DNA of 24,000 nt, taken from positions 13,059 through 37,058 of the forward strand of contig JAIRRJ010000038.1 of assembly GCA_031256035.1 (NCBI GenBank). Reading direction: 5' to 3'. The first letter of the stretch is position 1. Each line of letters begins with the position of its first letter. Source of the stretch: Treponema sp. Its GTDB lineage: Bacteria; Spirochaetota; Spirochaetia; Treponematales; Breznakiellaceae. A program made the position numbers and the translations under genes. Positions 1 to 9,090 of this stretch are shown one piece after another. Under the pieces are notes generated by a model that saw only the letters and a list, made by a program, of their open reading frames with translations, was not told the origin of the DNA and ran no database searches.

Positions 1-994
1 TGGGGCTGTGAACATTGCGCAAACTATATTCTGCAACAATTTTATTGCGGCTCTTGCAGAGTAACAGGCCGATGGTTGGACGGTCATCAGGAGCCTTCAG
101 TTGAGAGTCAACCGCAGAAAGATAAAAGTTCAATTGTCCGGTATGTTCCGGCTTGAACGCTGATGCTTTTAGTTCAATTACGACATAACATTTAAGACGA
201 GTATGATAAAACAGCAGGTCAATGAAAAATTCATCACCGGCAACCTCAAGGCGATACTGACGTCCAACAAAGGCAAAGCCGACTCCAAGTTCGAGCAAAA
301 ACCGGGAAATATGCTGAATGAGCGCATTTTCGATTTCACGCTCGTGCGCGTCATCGGCCAAACCAAGGAAGTCAAAAAGATACGGATCTTTGAGGGTTTC
401 CTGTGCAAGTAGAGATTGTGGCGCGGGAAGGCGTTTTGCAAAATTTGAAATAGCAGCGCCTTGACGTTTGTGCTGCCGGTTTTCGATGTTGCGTTCCAGA
501 GTTACACGCGACCATCCTTCGACGATTGCATGGACAGCATACCATTCACGATGTGCCGGCTGCGTCTTGGTAAGAATCGTAACTATGTGGAACCACGGCA
601 ATTGGTCAGCCGGCTGCTGACCAATTTGACCGGATGGGCATTGTTCGGCAAAATATCGCATATATTTGAGATTGCTGGTTGAAAATCCCTTCATGTCAGG
701 AAAGGCTGTCTTTAAATCGGCTGCAAGATGCTGAATGATTTTATCGCCCCAACTATGTGCTTGCTGTCGTTGCAAAATATCCAGCCCGATTTTGTGATAC
801 AGGCGGATAAGTTCGGCATTAACAGCAAGTGAGGCACGGGTTCGGGCAGTCTGAATTTGTTTTTTAAGTGATTCAAGCCATGCGGAATAATTGGCAGGAA
901 CCCCCGCTGAAGCCCGTATGGGTCGAGGTTCTCCTCCGGTAATAGGAGTACTCTCCCGTGACTTGGCAGGAGGTTTTTTTTCAGGTTTTTTCAT
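1..994 (-). CDS. DUF1016/YhcG-family PD-(D/E)XK nuclease-like protein; 3' end runs off the window and it is missing from the supplied ORF track
   Basis: My own minus-strand translation from the ATG at 994-992 stays open to position 1. It reads MKKPEKKPPAKS...YHKIGLDILQRQQAHSWGDKIIQHLAADLKTAFPDMKGFSTSNLKYMRYF...LKDPYLFDFLGL...EREIENALIQHISRFLLELGVGFAFVGRQYRLEVAGDEFFIDLLFYHTRLKCYVVIELK...GQLNFYLSAVD...PTIGLLLC. These blocks match YhcG/DUF1016 as I remember the family. Confidence 0.75.
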   Translation of the reverse strand, partial: MKKPEKKPPAKSRESTPITGGEPRPIRASAGVPANYSAWLESLKKQIQTARTRASLAVNAELIRLYHKIGLDILQRQQAHSWGDKIIQHLAADLKTAFPDMKGFSTSNLKYMRYFAEQCPSGQIGQQPADQLPWFHIVTILTKTQPAHREWYAVHAIVEGWSRVTLERNIENRQHKRQGAAISNFAKRLPAPQSLLAQETLKDPYLFDFLGLADDAHEREIENALIQHISRFLLELGVGFAFVGRQYRLEVAGDEFFIDLLFYHTRLKCYVVIELKASAFKPEHTGQLNFYLSAVDSQLKAPDDRPTIGLLLCKSRNKIVAEYSLRNVHSP

Positions 995-1054
995 CTCAGC
1001 TTCACCTTCCCCAAATTTTCAAGGATGGTTTTGTTCAATACACATTCCCTCCAC

Positions 1055-2089
1055 TCACTCATCGCCGCCACCGTTACCCTTCAAATACTTTGCCATATCC
1101 CGATCAAATTGTGAGATATAATCCCTGTCCTGTTTGATGCGAAACTGCTCGTAAACTTCGCCCGCTTTTTTTACGGCTTTATCGTGGGAAATCTGCCCTT
1201 TACCCGGCAGTACACGACGGCGGTTGTTTTTCAGGAACTTATCTGTTTCGTTCAGCCAGTCCTGCATACTCACTGCAACGCCATCCTCCGCCATTAATTC
1301 GGCATAATCAATGAACATTGTTACAAGCCGATTAAGACGGGAAAGTTCATTTTCGTTCAGATAATTTTTGGCGACAGAAATATCCCTTTTCAAAATTTTG
1401 CCGTCAGGCGCGTCCTTCCATGTGGTTAAGCCCATAGTGGGGTGTTCAAGGCGTGCTCGCTCGGAAATCAGCTCTGCCGCAGTTTTTCCTGTTATCGCAA
1501 AATGGAGCTTATTCTGCACAAATGCATAAAACTCTTTGGTGAGATCGCTGTTTTTGTCATAATCATAGCTGCACTGCTCAAATACATCGGCGATTTTTTG
1601 ATATGCCCGCCGCTCGCTGGCGCGGATTTCGCGGATTTTTTCCAGTAACTCATCAAAATAATCCCGCCCAAAGGGCTTGCCGTTTTTTAGCAATTCTTCA
1701 TTGAGGAGATAACCTTTTTGGATATACTCTTTCAGTGTCTGCGTTGCCCACTGGCGGAACCGGGTGGCTTTTTTAGAGTTTACCCGGTAGCCAACGGCGA
1801 TAATGGCATCAAGGCTGTAGAATTGAAGCTCCCGCTCTACACTGCGCTCACCCTCTTTTCGAACTACTCGAATTTTTCGAGTAGTTGCCGTTTCTTCTAA
1901 TTCTTCGGTTCCAAATACTTCCTGTAAATGATAGGTAATAGTATTTGATTCGACATCAAAAAGCTCTGACATTGCCTTCTGGGTCATCCAGAAGGTTTCA
2001 TCCTTGAACACTACATCAACATAAACATTACTGTTTGAGGTGGAGTACAGGGCGATTTTTCCTTCGGATACTTTTATGATGTTACTCAT
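1055..2089 (-). CDS. RhuM-family protein (Virulence_RhuM-type), nested in the type I R-M operon
   Basis: A 344-aa ORF. Blocks [78 protein letters not shown] and SVAKNYLNE match the RhuM family from memory. Its ATG overlaps the hsdM stop (TCAT at 2086-2089). Confidence 0.8.
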   Translation of the reverse strand: MSNIIKVSEGKIALYSTSNSNVYVDVVFKDETFWMTQKAMSELFDVESNTITYHLQEVFGTEELEETATTRKIRVVRKEGERSVERELQFYSLDAIIAVGYRVNSKKATRFRQWATQTLKEYIQKGYLLNEELLKNGKPFGRDYFDELLEKIREIRASERRAYQKIADVFEQCSYDYDKNSDLTKEFYAFVQNKLHFAITGKTAAELISERARLEHPTMGLTTWKDAPDGKILKRDISVAKNYLNENELSRLNRLVTMFIDYAELMAEDGVAVSMQDWLNETDKFLKNNRRRVLPGKGQISHDKAVKKAGEVYEQFRIKQDRDYISQFDRDMAKYLKGNGGGDE

Positions 2090-3630
2090 ACAAGTTTCAC
2101 CTTCTTGAGATTTTCAAGAATGGCCTTGTTCAATTTCTCCTCTTCTTTTAACTGAGCCTCAAATTCCGCCCTTAAACCGGAAAACCGTTCGTTAAAATCG
2201 AAGTCGTCTTCTTCATCGGGAAGCCCCACATACCGCCCTGGCGTAAGCACATAATCCAGTTCCTTCACCCGATCAATATGCACAGAAGCGCAAAAGCCTT
2301 TTATATCCGCATATTTGCCTTTGGTCTTGCGCCATTCGTGATAGGTTCCGGCTATTTTCTGAATGTCATCGCTTGAGAGCTCCCTCGTTCTGCGGTTAAT
2401 CAAATGCCCTTCGTTTCTTGCGTCAATGAATAAAATCTCATCGGTGCGGTTACGGTAACCGCCGTTTGCTTTGTTACGCGATAAAAACCACAAACAGGCG
2501 GGTATCTGCGTATTCAAAAAGAGTTTTGCCGGAAGATTGATGATGCAATCGACAAGCCGCGCTTCGATTAACGCCTTGCGGATTTCACCTTCGCCGGAAC
2601 TTTTAGAGGTGAGAGAACCTTTTGCCAGTACAAAACCGGCTATACCGCCGGGGCTTAAATGATAGAGAAAGTGCTGAATCCACGCATAGTTCGCGTTTCC
2701 GGCAGGCGGTGCGCCGTATTTCCATCTGCCGTCTGTGCGGAGCAGATCACCCGACCAGTCGCTGTCGTTGAACGGGGGATTGGCGATGACAAAATCGGCT
2801 TTCAGGTCTTTGTGCGCGTTATTCAAAAACGAACCTTCATTGTTCCATTTGACCTGTGAGCTGTCGATGCCGCGAATGGCAAGGTTCATTTTTGCCAGCC
2901 GCCATGTTGTCTGGTTGCTTTCTTGTCCGTAGATAGAAATATCGTTGATTTTGCCCTTATGGTTAGAGACAAATTTTTCTGATTGCACAAACATTCCGCC
3001 GGAGCCGCAGCAGGGGTCAAATACGCGGCCTTTGTAAGGTTCGAGGATTTCTACAAGCAGTTCAACAACGCTTCGCGGCGTGTAGAACTGGCCTCCCTTT
3101 TTTCCTTCCGCAAGAGCGAACTCACCAAGAAAATACTCAAACACATGGCCGAGCACATCGGCGCTTCGGGCTTTCGCATCTCCAAGAGCAACATTTCCAA
3201 TAAGGTCGATTAATCCGCCAAGGTTTGCGGGGTCTAAGTTGCCCCGTGCGAATACTTTGGGCAACACATCTTTTAGTGAGGGATTGTCTTTTTCGATTGC
3301 GTCCATGGCATTGTCTACTTCTTTGCCGATGGTCGGCAATTTTGCCTTGGATTGCAGATATGACCAGCGGGCAATTCCGGGGACAAAAAATATATTTTCG
3401 GCTTTGTATTCGTCTTTGTCTTCGGGGTCAGCCCCAGCGTATTCGCCCTTTCCGTCTTTCAGTTTTGCGTGCAGGTCTTCAAAAGCGTCTGAAATGTATT
3501 TGAGGAATATCAGACCAAGGACGACATGTTTATATTCAGCTGCATCGATGTTTTTTCGCAGCTTATCGGCGGATTTCCAGAGTTGTTTTTCGATTGGTTC
3601 ATGAGTGTTGTTTTCTTTGATCTTTGCCAT
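2086..3630 (-). CDS. hsdM: Type I restriction-modification system, N6-adenine DNA methyltransferase subunit M
   Basis: A 514-aa ORF. The HsdM N-terminal domain is present ([35 protein letters not shown]), as are SAM motif I ([12 protein letters not shown]) and catalytic motif IV (VIANPPFN). Confidence 0.95.
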   Translation of the reverse strand: MAKIKENNTHEPIEKQLWKSADKLRKNIDAAEYKHVVLGLIFLKYISDAFEDLHAKLKDGKGEYAGADPEDKDEYKAENIFFVPGIARWSYLQSKAKLPTIGKEVDNAMDAIEKDNPSLKDVLPKVFARGNLDPANLGGLIDLIGNVALGDAKARSADVLGHVFEYFLGEFALAEGKKGGQFYTPRSVVELLVEILEPYKGRVFDPCCGSGGMFVQSEKFVSNHKGKINDISIYGQESNQTTWRLAKMNLAIRGIDSSQVKWNNEGSFLNNAHKDLKADFVIANPPFNDSDWSGDLLRTDGRWKYGAPPAGNANYAWIQHFLYHLSPGGIAGFVLAKGSLTSKSSGEGEIRKALIEARLVDCIINLPAKLFLNTQIPACLWFLSRNKANGGYRNRTDEILFIDARNEGHLINRRTRELSSDDIQKIAGTYHEWRKTKGKYADIKGFCASVHIDRVKELDYVLTPGRYVGLPDEEDDFDFNERFSGLRAEFEAQLKEEEKLNKAILENLKKVKLV

Positions 3631-3641
3631 ATTGGGTTTCT

Positions 3642-3714
3642 AGCCAAGACGGGGAATCGAACCCCGGACCTGCACATTACGAGTGTGCCGCTCTGCCAAC
3701 TGAGCCATCTTGGC
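3642..3714 (-). tRNA. tRNA-Thr (anticodon CGU)
   Basis: The minus strand folds by hand into a cloverleaf: GCCAAGA TG GCTC AGTTGGCA GAGC G GCACA CTCGTAA TGTGC AGGTC CGGGG TTCGATT CCCCG TCTTGGC T. It has a 7-bp acceptor stem, a TTCGATT T-loop and anticodon loop CT-CGT-AA. CCA is not encoded. Confidence 0.9.
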
Positions 3715-3909
3715 TAAATCTAAGCGCCCCGTTAAGGGGCGTTGATCCCAAAAAATCCAAACAGCCCAGGCACCAGTGATGGTTGCCGTGACCAATTAAA
3801 GCAAGCCTGCCTTTAGGCAGGCGACAGTGCCGCTTCGAATAACGGCTTTAGTGGTTTCTGCAGGAAACCTCCGAACAGCACCGCGTTAGCGGTGTAGATC
3901 ACAAAAAGT
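3715..3909. other. Hairpin-dense, non-coding, GC-rich spacer; candidate structured RNA or stacked terminators, strand unresolved
   Basis: There are five clean short-loop hairpins: 3725-3741 (CGCCCC/GGGGCG), 3769-3787 (bulged), 3805-3822 (GCCTGCC/GGCAGGC), 3853-3869 (GGTTTC/GAAACC) and 3879-3894 (CACCGC/GCGGTG). A weak sixth lies at 3829-3846. No ORF is present. Confidence 0.3.
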
Positions 3910-4179
3910 TTACTCACGTTCTTTCAACGTTACTTTTACCGTATTATCTGGCTGTTTGCCGATTTTTGCCCTGATGTCCTTGCGAATTCCGATGATGTGG
4001 CAGGGAGTTCCCATTTTTACAACGCTGCCATCGTAAGGTTCATTGTCGAAAGTTGCATGTACTTTTACACGGCCTTTTCCGAACTCCGCTTTAACATCGA
4101 AAGGAATTTCGACATAAGCGCCGTCAATGTCCGGCACTTTTTTAATCTCCGCTTCAAAAGTATATATTTTTTTGTTCAT
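3910..4179 (-). CDS. DUF1905 domain protein
   Basis: An 89-aa ORF. The pattern YVEIPFDV...[25 protein letters not shown] is typical of DUF1905 (YdeI N-terminal-like) from memory. Confidence 0.65.
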   Translation of the reverse strand: MNKKIYTFEAEIKKVPDIDGAYVEIPFDVKAEFGKGRVKVHATFDNEPYDGSVVKMGTPCHIIGIRKDIRAKIGKQPDNTVKVTLKERE

Positions 4180-4215
4180 AATGCCAACTGAACCATTTTC
4201 AAAAAGGCTTTCATT

Positions 4216-5565
4216 CTAAAAAAACAATTCCACTGCGCCCCTTGACCTTATCTGCAGCAGTGTTACAGAACCGGGACCAAATACTGCTTCAATGTGTGTC
4301 CGGTAAGCGTCCATTGCATCCAGTGGGATGTAGACCTGAATAGTGCCGGCAAAACCGCCGCCGTGAACTCTGCATGCGCCGTGTATTTTTTGCTTTTTGA
4401 AAAAACCCTTGCTCAACGCCAATGCAATACTGATACCCTGTTCTTCGGGGCGAGAATAAACGTTTTGCAGTAATTCCCAGGAAGAGTCTCCGGATTCGTT
4501 GACCAGTTCCAGGTAACGGTACAATGCTTGCTGTTTTGCGGCGATTGTTACAGCGCCGTCCATTTCGCTTAGAGCCGCAGACATGGCGTCCACCCGCGCG
4601 TTTTCTTCAAAAAAATGAAGAGAGCGCAGCAAAGCTCTGTCCCCAAGTTTTTTTCGTATTTCTCTGGCACGGGACAAAACATTTTCCTTTTCCAGTTCCC
4701 CAAGTACGGATTTGCCCAAAAAAGCCGCCACCCCTTTCATTTCCGCCGGAATTGACGCGTAATCTGCGGTCAAATCGGCGTGACTGCCGCCTGTGTTCAC
4801 CACGCAGAGGGCGAAACCGGCGGCGGCAAGATCGAAATTGATCTGTTTTACTGACGGGCGAGCGGCATCGGCAAAATCGACGGCAACAGCGCCGCCTGTG
4901 GCGCAGGCTATCTGATCCATAAGACCGCATGGTTTTCCAAAATATGTATTTTCGGCAATCTGACCGATTTGCGCGATTTCCAGGGGACAGAGCTGTCCTT
5001 CACCGTACAAAGAATCAAAAATACGGCCAAAAAGCACTTCCACTGCCGCCGATGAAGAAAGCCCCGAACCCGGATGCACTGTTGAGATTGCATTGGCTGA
5101 AAACCCGCCCGTTATGCGGTTCAGCTCAGCGGCAATTCCCCTGACTAGAGCTTCGGTCATGCCTTCTTCTTCCGGTTTTGGCTGCAAGTCAGGTGCGCCG
5201 GAAGAATTTGTCAATTTCACTTTTACATCAGGATAACCGGCGGAACGAAAGAACACAGTATTGTCTTTTCGTTTCCGCACAATGGCGACATTATCCAATT
5301 GAATGGATGCCGCCAGAATTTTACCCCGGTTATGGTCGGTATGATTGCCGCCCAGTTCGGTTCTTCCAGGGGCGCTGAATACCCGAAGATTGCCGTCACA
5401 AAGTTCCGTTTCGGGAAAGCCGTCCGTCCCACTTTTCAGCATTTCCGTCACAAGCGCCCTGTAACGCAAACGGGCAGCCGCTGCTTCCTTCTTCCCGTAA
5501 AGCTCAGAAAAGATTTCCGTGCCGCTTTCTGAATCAATTTTTGTCAGAAGTTCATTTTCAGTCAT
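4216..5565 (-). CDS. Galactokinase-family GHMP kinase
   Basis: A 449-aa ORF. It carries the galactokinase signature region (FSAPGRTELGGNHTDHNRGKILAASI) and the GHMP ATP-binding motif (PGSGLSSSAAVEV). Confidence 0.75.
   Translation of the reverse strand: MTENELLTKIDSESGTEIFSELYGKKEAAAARLRYRALVTEMLKSGTDGFPETELCDGNLRVFSAPGRTELGGNHTDHNRGKILAASIQLDNVAIVRKRKDNTVFFRSAGYPDVKVKLTNSSGAPDLQPKPEEEGMTEALVRGIAAELNRITGGFSANAISTVHPGSGLSSSAAVEVLFGRIFDSLYGEGQLCPLEIAQIGQIAENTYFGKPCGLMDQIACATGGAVAVDFADAARPSVKQINFDLAAAGFALCVVNTGGSHADLTADYASIPAEMKGVAAFLGKSVLGELEKENVLSRAREIRKKLGDRALLRSLHFFEENARVDAMSAALSEMDGAVTIAAKQQALYRYLELVNESGDSSWELLQNVYSRPEEQGISIALALSKGFFKKQKIHGACRVHGGGFAGTIQVYIPLDAMDAYRTHIEAVFGPGSVTLLQIRSRGAVELFF
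4633..4644 (-). repeat. Iterated 12-mer GGGGACAGAGCT, exact copy
   Basis: The top strand reads AGCTCTGTCCCC. The copy lies inside the kinase CDS and encodes GDRA; it is preceded by TT as in intergenic copies. Confidence 0.9.
4983..4998 (+). repeat. Iterated 12-mer, exact copy, extended into a mini-palindrome
   Basis: GGGGACAGAGCT occupies 4983-4994. The following GTCC gives GGACAG-AG-CTGTCC (4985-4998). The copy is inside the kinase CDS and encodes QLCP on the sense strand. Confidence 0.9.
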
Positions 5566-5591
5566 AAAAACGCCTCTGTATTGTCAATTTC

Positions 5592-6173
5592 TCATCCGGC
5601 TTTCCGGTAGATCGAAAGGTAATCAATAAAAGATGCAATTGAAAAGATAACGGAAATAATGAAGATAATAATGGCGCCAGTTTTAAAATATGGGAAAAGA
5701 AACTCGAAAATTGCCAAGCGTTGAATGCTGACGGCGAGGAGGGCGGCTCCTCCGGCAATGATGTAGGTTACGGTTTTTATTTTTCCACCCAGCCGGGCGC
5801 CCAGGGCAATACCTTTTTTCAGCATCAAATTGCGGATAAAAAGGATGCTGAATTCGCGGTAAATGACCAACAAAAAGAGAAGCGCGGGAAAAATCCTGTC
5901 AATTACAAAACACAGGAAGCAGGTGATTTGCATGAGAGTATCGGCAAAGGGATCGAAGAGTTTGCCAAAATCGCTCACTTCGTTGTTTTTACGGGCGACT
6001 ATGCCGTCCAGCAAATCGGTTACCTGCGAGACGATAAAAATTAGCCAAAGGACAGGCACAGTCCAAGCTGCGCCGGCAAACAATGAGGGGAAAAAGCCGG
6101 GTAACAGATAGACGATAAAAAACACAGGAGCGAGGATTATCCTGGAAAAAGTCAGCTTATTTGCTAGGCTCAT
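5592..6173 (-). CDS. pgsA: CDP-alcohol phosphatidyltransferase (phosphatidylglycerophosphate synthase-like)
   Basis: A 193-aa polytopic ORF. It has the CDP-alcohol phosphatidyltransferase motif D-x2-DG-x2-AR...G-x3-D-x3-D (TDLLDGIVARKNNEVSDFGKLFDPFADT). Confidence 0.8.
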   Translation of the reverse strand: MSLANKLTFSRIILAPVFFIVYLLPGFFPSLFAGAAWTVPVLWLIFIVSQVTDLLDGIVARKNNEVSDFGKLFDPFADTLMQITCFLCFVIDRIFPALLFLLVIYREFSILFIRNLMLKKGIALGARLGGKIKTVTYIIAGGAALLAVSIQRLAIFEFLFPYFKTGAIIIFIISVIFSIASFIDYLSIYRKAG

Positions 6174-6213
6174 GGTTAATTTTGACTTTTGGGTCTAAAT
6201 GTGTCAATTACTT

Positions 6214-6265
6214 GGGGACAGAGCTTGCGGCAGGAACGAATTGTTTTGGAATTGGGGACAGAGCT
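6214..6265 (+). repeat. Direct pair of the 12-mer (6214-6225 and 6254-6265), both exact
   Basis: cTTGGGGACAGAGCT, then 28 nt, then aTTGGGGACAGAGCTcaaaaaaaa. The pair lies in the pgsA/NUDIX divergent intergenic region with 40 bp start-to-start spacing. Confidence 0.92.
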
Positions 6266-6311
6266 CAAAAAAAATATGTACTAAAAAGCAATAAAACGTT
6301 ACTTTATTTCC

Positions 6312-6920
6312 ATGGACGAAAAAAAACTAATATGGATGGAAAAAGGGCGTAAACAGGTTCTTGATAACAAGGTATTCTCAGTATGGGAATCCTATTGTAT
6401 CCCGCCCAAATCTCACTCCGGCGGCTTGAAAACCTTTTCGATAATTGATGCCAAAGACTGGGCTATTGTTGTGCCGGTAATCAAAAACCCCAAAGGCAAA
6501 CAATTTGTCATGGTGTGGCAATGGCGGCATGGTTCGCGGAGCATGAGCCTGGAGTTTCCGGGGGGCGTTTTTGAACCCGAAGAAAATCCTGAGACGGCAG
6601 CAGTCAGGGAATTACAGGAAGAAACCGGCTACTTGCCGGGGAAAATTGAAAAAATCGGGGAATTCAGCCCCAATCCGGCAATTATGTCAAACAAGGTTCA
6701 TTTTTTTCTTGCTGAGGAACTTAGCGGAGCCGGTAAACAAAATCTGGATGAAGATGAATTTGTGGAAGTTGCTCTGGTTGATACCTCCGAGGTTATCCAA
6801 GGCATGGGGAAACCACCTTACGTCCACGCGCTTATGGGTACTGCTTTGGCTTTATATTGTTCAAGGATTGAGTTGTTCGAAAACATCGTACCAATTACAC
6901 AGTTTCCGAACAACTCATAA
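6312..6920 (+). CDS. NUDIX hydrolase (ADP-ribose pyrophosphatase-like)
   Basis: A 202-aa ORF with a Nudix box: GGVFEPEENPETAAVRELQEETGY. Confidence 0.8.
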   Translation: MDEKKLIWMEKGRKQVLDNKVFSVWESYCIPPKSHSGGLKTFSIIDAKDWAIVVPVIKNPKGKQFVMVWQWRHGSRSMSLEFPGGVFEPEENPETAAVRELQEETGYLPGKIEKIGEFSPNPAIMSNKVHFFLAEELSGAGKQNLDEDEFVEVALVDTSEVIQGMGKPPYVHALMGTALALYCSRIELFENIVPITQFPNNS

Positions 6921-6926
6921 TTATAT

Positions 6927-7703
6927 TTAAGGAGCCTTGTAGGTTCTATTTGGATCCCACATGCCTTGCCGGGCTTCGCCCTTTATGGAGGGAATATCCA
7001 ACACCATACCGGGTTCAATCAGATCGGGATTGTCCGGTTGGGGCATTTTTGATTTATTTGCTTCATATAGAGTTTTCCATTTCCACGCATCTCCGTAAAC
7101 CCATGGATAACCAGCGATATTCCACAAGCAATCCTTAGTTAATGCCCAAGGCCTGACAGTATACTGGCTTGGCAGAGCGTCTCCGGCTTGTCTTGGCGGG
7201 GCTCCGCTTTCGATATATGCCAGAATTTCAATGGATTTGGTTGCCGCAGTTATGGCCGCGTTCCAGTCCTCATCATAATAGGCGGCAATACTTGTTTCAT
7301 AATAAGCTTTACCTTCATCGTAGTCATTCGGATATTTGCTGGCGATATTGTTGGAATCCGCCATGTCCAAGTGTTGTTTTGCTGTGCTAATCAGTTGAGA
7401 GGCGACATACTCATCCGAAAGCTGTGCATAACGGATGGCTTCCTCAGCGAAACCGGCGGAAGCGTCATAATCGCCGTATTCATAGGTTTCCTGAGCCAAT
7501 TTTGCCAACCGCAGGCTTTCCAGATAGAATTCGTTGTTGCGAATTGACATTGAGGAATCATCTTCAGCGGCCCCCGCATAGTATGGCACAAAGTAGAATT
7601 GAGGCAGTTTTAATTCAGGTTCCGGAAGATTATCTCCGGCATAAAGTGACTGGACTGCAATTATTACGATAATTGACAGTATAAAGGAAATTTTTCGGTT
7701 CAT
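6927..7703 (-). CDS. Secreted protein with a C-terminal LysM-like peptidoglycan-binding domain
   Basis: A 258-aa ORF with an N-terminal signal peptide (ISFILSIIVIIAVQSLYA). The C-terminus is LysM-like: YTVRPWALTKDCLWNIAGY...LYEANK...LIEPGMVLDIPS. Its start overlaps the stop of the upstream gene at 7700-7703. Confidence 0.65.
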   Translation of the reverse strand: MNRKISFILSIIVIIAVQSLYAGDNLPEPELKLPQFYFVPYYAGAAEDDSSMSIRNNEFYLESLRLAKLAQETYEYGDYDASAGFAEEAIRYAQLSDEYVASQLISTAKQHLDMADSNNIASKYPNDYDEGKAYYETSIAAYYDEDWNAAITAATKSIEILAYIESGAPPRQAGDALPSQYTVRPWALTKDCLWNIAGYPWVYGDAWKWKTLYEANKSKMPQPDNPDLIEPGMVLDIPSIKGEARQGMWDPNRTYKAP

Positions 7704-8776
7704 CTTAAGTCTCCTTCTATTATTTTTTCAGCCTCCAAGGCTGCTCCATCGCTTTCTCCAATTTTGTCTGTGGCCATTTTTATTATTCCCAAAGCTCTTT
7801 GGCGTTTGTCCTCAGTTTCCTGTCCTGCAACCGCAAAAAGCGCTTCCGCTTCTGTGAAAAGAATGGCGGCATCTTCGTACCTTTCTTCACCTAATGTTTC
7901 TTCAGCCTGAGAGAATATGGCTTCGGCATCACGGTATATGTCGCGGACTGCAATATTCACTTTATTTGACAATGCCCGCTCCCTTTCGGATGAAGCGGTC
8001 TTTCGCCTGTCGCCTGCATAATTGGTCCAGCTATTTGACAATATCATGCTGTAGCGAAGCCCGGCTTCCTCGGCGCTGGCTTCAGCCGCTTTTTTATCTC
8101 CTGCTTCATATTTATCAAGTGCAATAACGGCAATATCATCCGCCTTGTCAAAATTTCCGGGATCATAAACATTAAAGCCCCGATCAATGACTTCCTGCCT
8201 TATCAAGTTAACTCTTGCGCCGACAAGCAGGGTTTTGTATTCATTAATCGCCGCCACGGCAGAATTTCTGGCTGCGTAATAATCTCCGGCTTCATATTGA
8301 TCCAGCGCTGTGAGGGCAATCTCATCCGCTTTTTCCAAATACTCAGGAAAAATACTTGTAAAACCGGAATAGATTAATTCATCTCTGACGGCCATTAATT
8401 CATCTTCTCTGGCCTGGGCATAAAGTTGAACCGTTTTCTTGACCAGCCCGTCGAATTCATCCGCTACAGTGTTAAACAAGGCCGCAGCCCTTTGAACTTC
8501 TTCCGCAGTCGATTTTGGCAGTATACTGGCAGCGCCGTACCGGGCATCAGTAACTTCCCAATCAGTGGGAAAATAGGCCGGACATTCAAAATCAATTGCC
8601 CGTTTTCGAGCTTCATCCGCCCGCGCTTTGGCATCATTTGCTGCATTTTGGGACACCGGCGTTATTCCGCTAAATTCCGGCGGTGTTTCCTCAGGGCTTG
8701 GGGCAGATTTACAGGAAACACCCATAAACACAAGCATTGCCAGTAACAGGAATGCAAAAACAATATTTTTTTTCAT
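7700..8776 (-). CDS. Probable lipoprotein with tandem helical repeats
   Basis: A 358-aa ORF. The signal peptide ends in Cys (LLLAMLVFMGVSC). Internal repeats are visible: EKADEIALTALDQYEAGDYYAARNSA, DKADDIAVIALDKYEAGDKKAAEASA and SQAEETLGEERYEDAAILFTEAEA. Confidence 0.6.
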   Translation of the reverse strand: MKKNIVFAFLLLAMLVFMGVSCKSAPSPEETPPEFSGITPVSQNAANDAKARADEARKRAIDFECPAYFPTDWEVTDARYGAASILPKSTAEEVQRAAALFNTVADEFDGLVKKTVQLYAQAREDELMAVRDELIYSGFTSIFPEYLEKADEIALTALDQYEAGDYYAARNSAVAAINEYKTLLVGARVNLIRQEVIDRGFNVYDPGNFDKADDIAVIALDKYEAGDKKAAEASAEEAGLRYSMILSNSWTNYAGDRRKTASSERERALSNKVNIAVRDIYRDAEAIFSQAEETLGEERYEDAAILFTEAEALFAVAGQETEDKRQRALGIIKMATDKIGESDGAALEAEKIIEGDLR

Positions 8777-8899
8777 AACCGCTCCTTATAGAAACTGGTA
8801 TTTCTGGTTCTTCGATTGAGTATACATCTGTTTGTACGATAATTACAAGCCTGATTTTTATGTTTTGGAAAAAAGCAAATAATTGAAAACCCGCCGCAA

Positions 8900-8943
8900 G
8901 GGGACAGAGCTAAAATGAAAATCAGCCACAAAGGGACAGAGCT
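8900..8943 (+). repeat. Direct pair of the 12-mer (8900-8911 exact; 8932-8943 AGGGACAGAGCT)
   Basis: Both copies are followed by A-runs (GCTaaaatg and GCTaaaaaac). Spacing is 32 bp. The pair lies in the divergent intergenic region between the lipoprotein and PC4-like genes. Confidence 0.9.
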
Positions 8944-9090
8944 AAAAAACCTATCAACAAAAACAAATCCAATCATGGTTTAGAACATACTTTTGAAATA
9001 ACAGCCTAAAATCCGCTCAGTAAAAATGTCTGAGGCAACTATTCCATGAATCGGCATTTTGGAATAGCCTCAATATATAGTGAGGTTTTT

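Noticed and set aside
2471-3717. Plus-strand ORFs overlapping hsdM and the tRNA (2471-2662, 2983-3213, 3239-3604, 3526-3717 and others)
   Set aside because: They lie opposite a well-supported HsdM frame or run through the tRNA gene, and show no motifs.
3874-3882. SRP (4.5S) RNA, suggested by the minus-strand GGTGCTGTT resembling the E. coli 4.5S 5' region
   Set aside because: The universally conserved helix-8 sequence (GGUCCGGAAGGAAGCAGCC-like) is absent and there is no terminal closing helix.
4524-5532. Multiple 60-107-aa ORFs in both strands over the galactokinase-family gene
   Set aside because: They overlap a long conserved GHMP-kinase frame and their Arg/Pro-rich translations are typical of off-frame reading.
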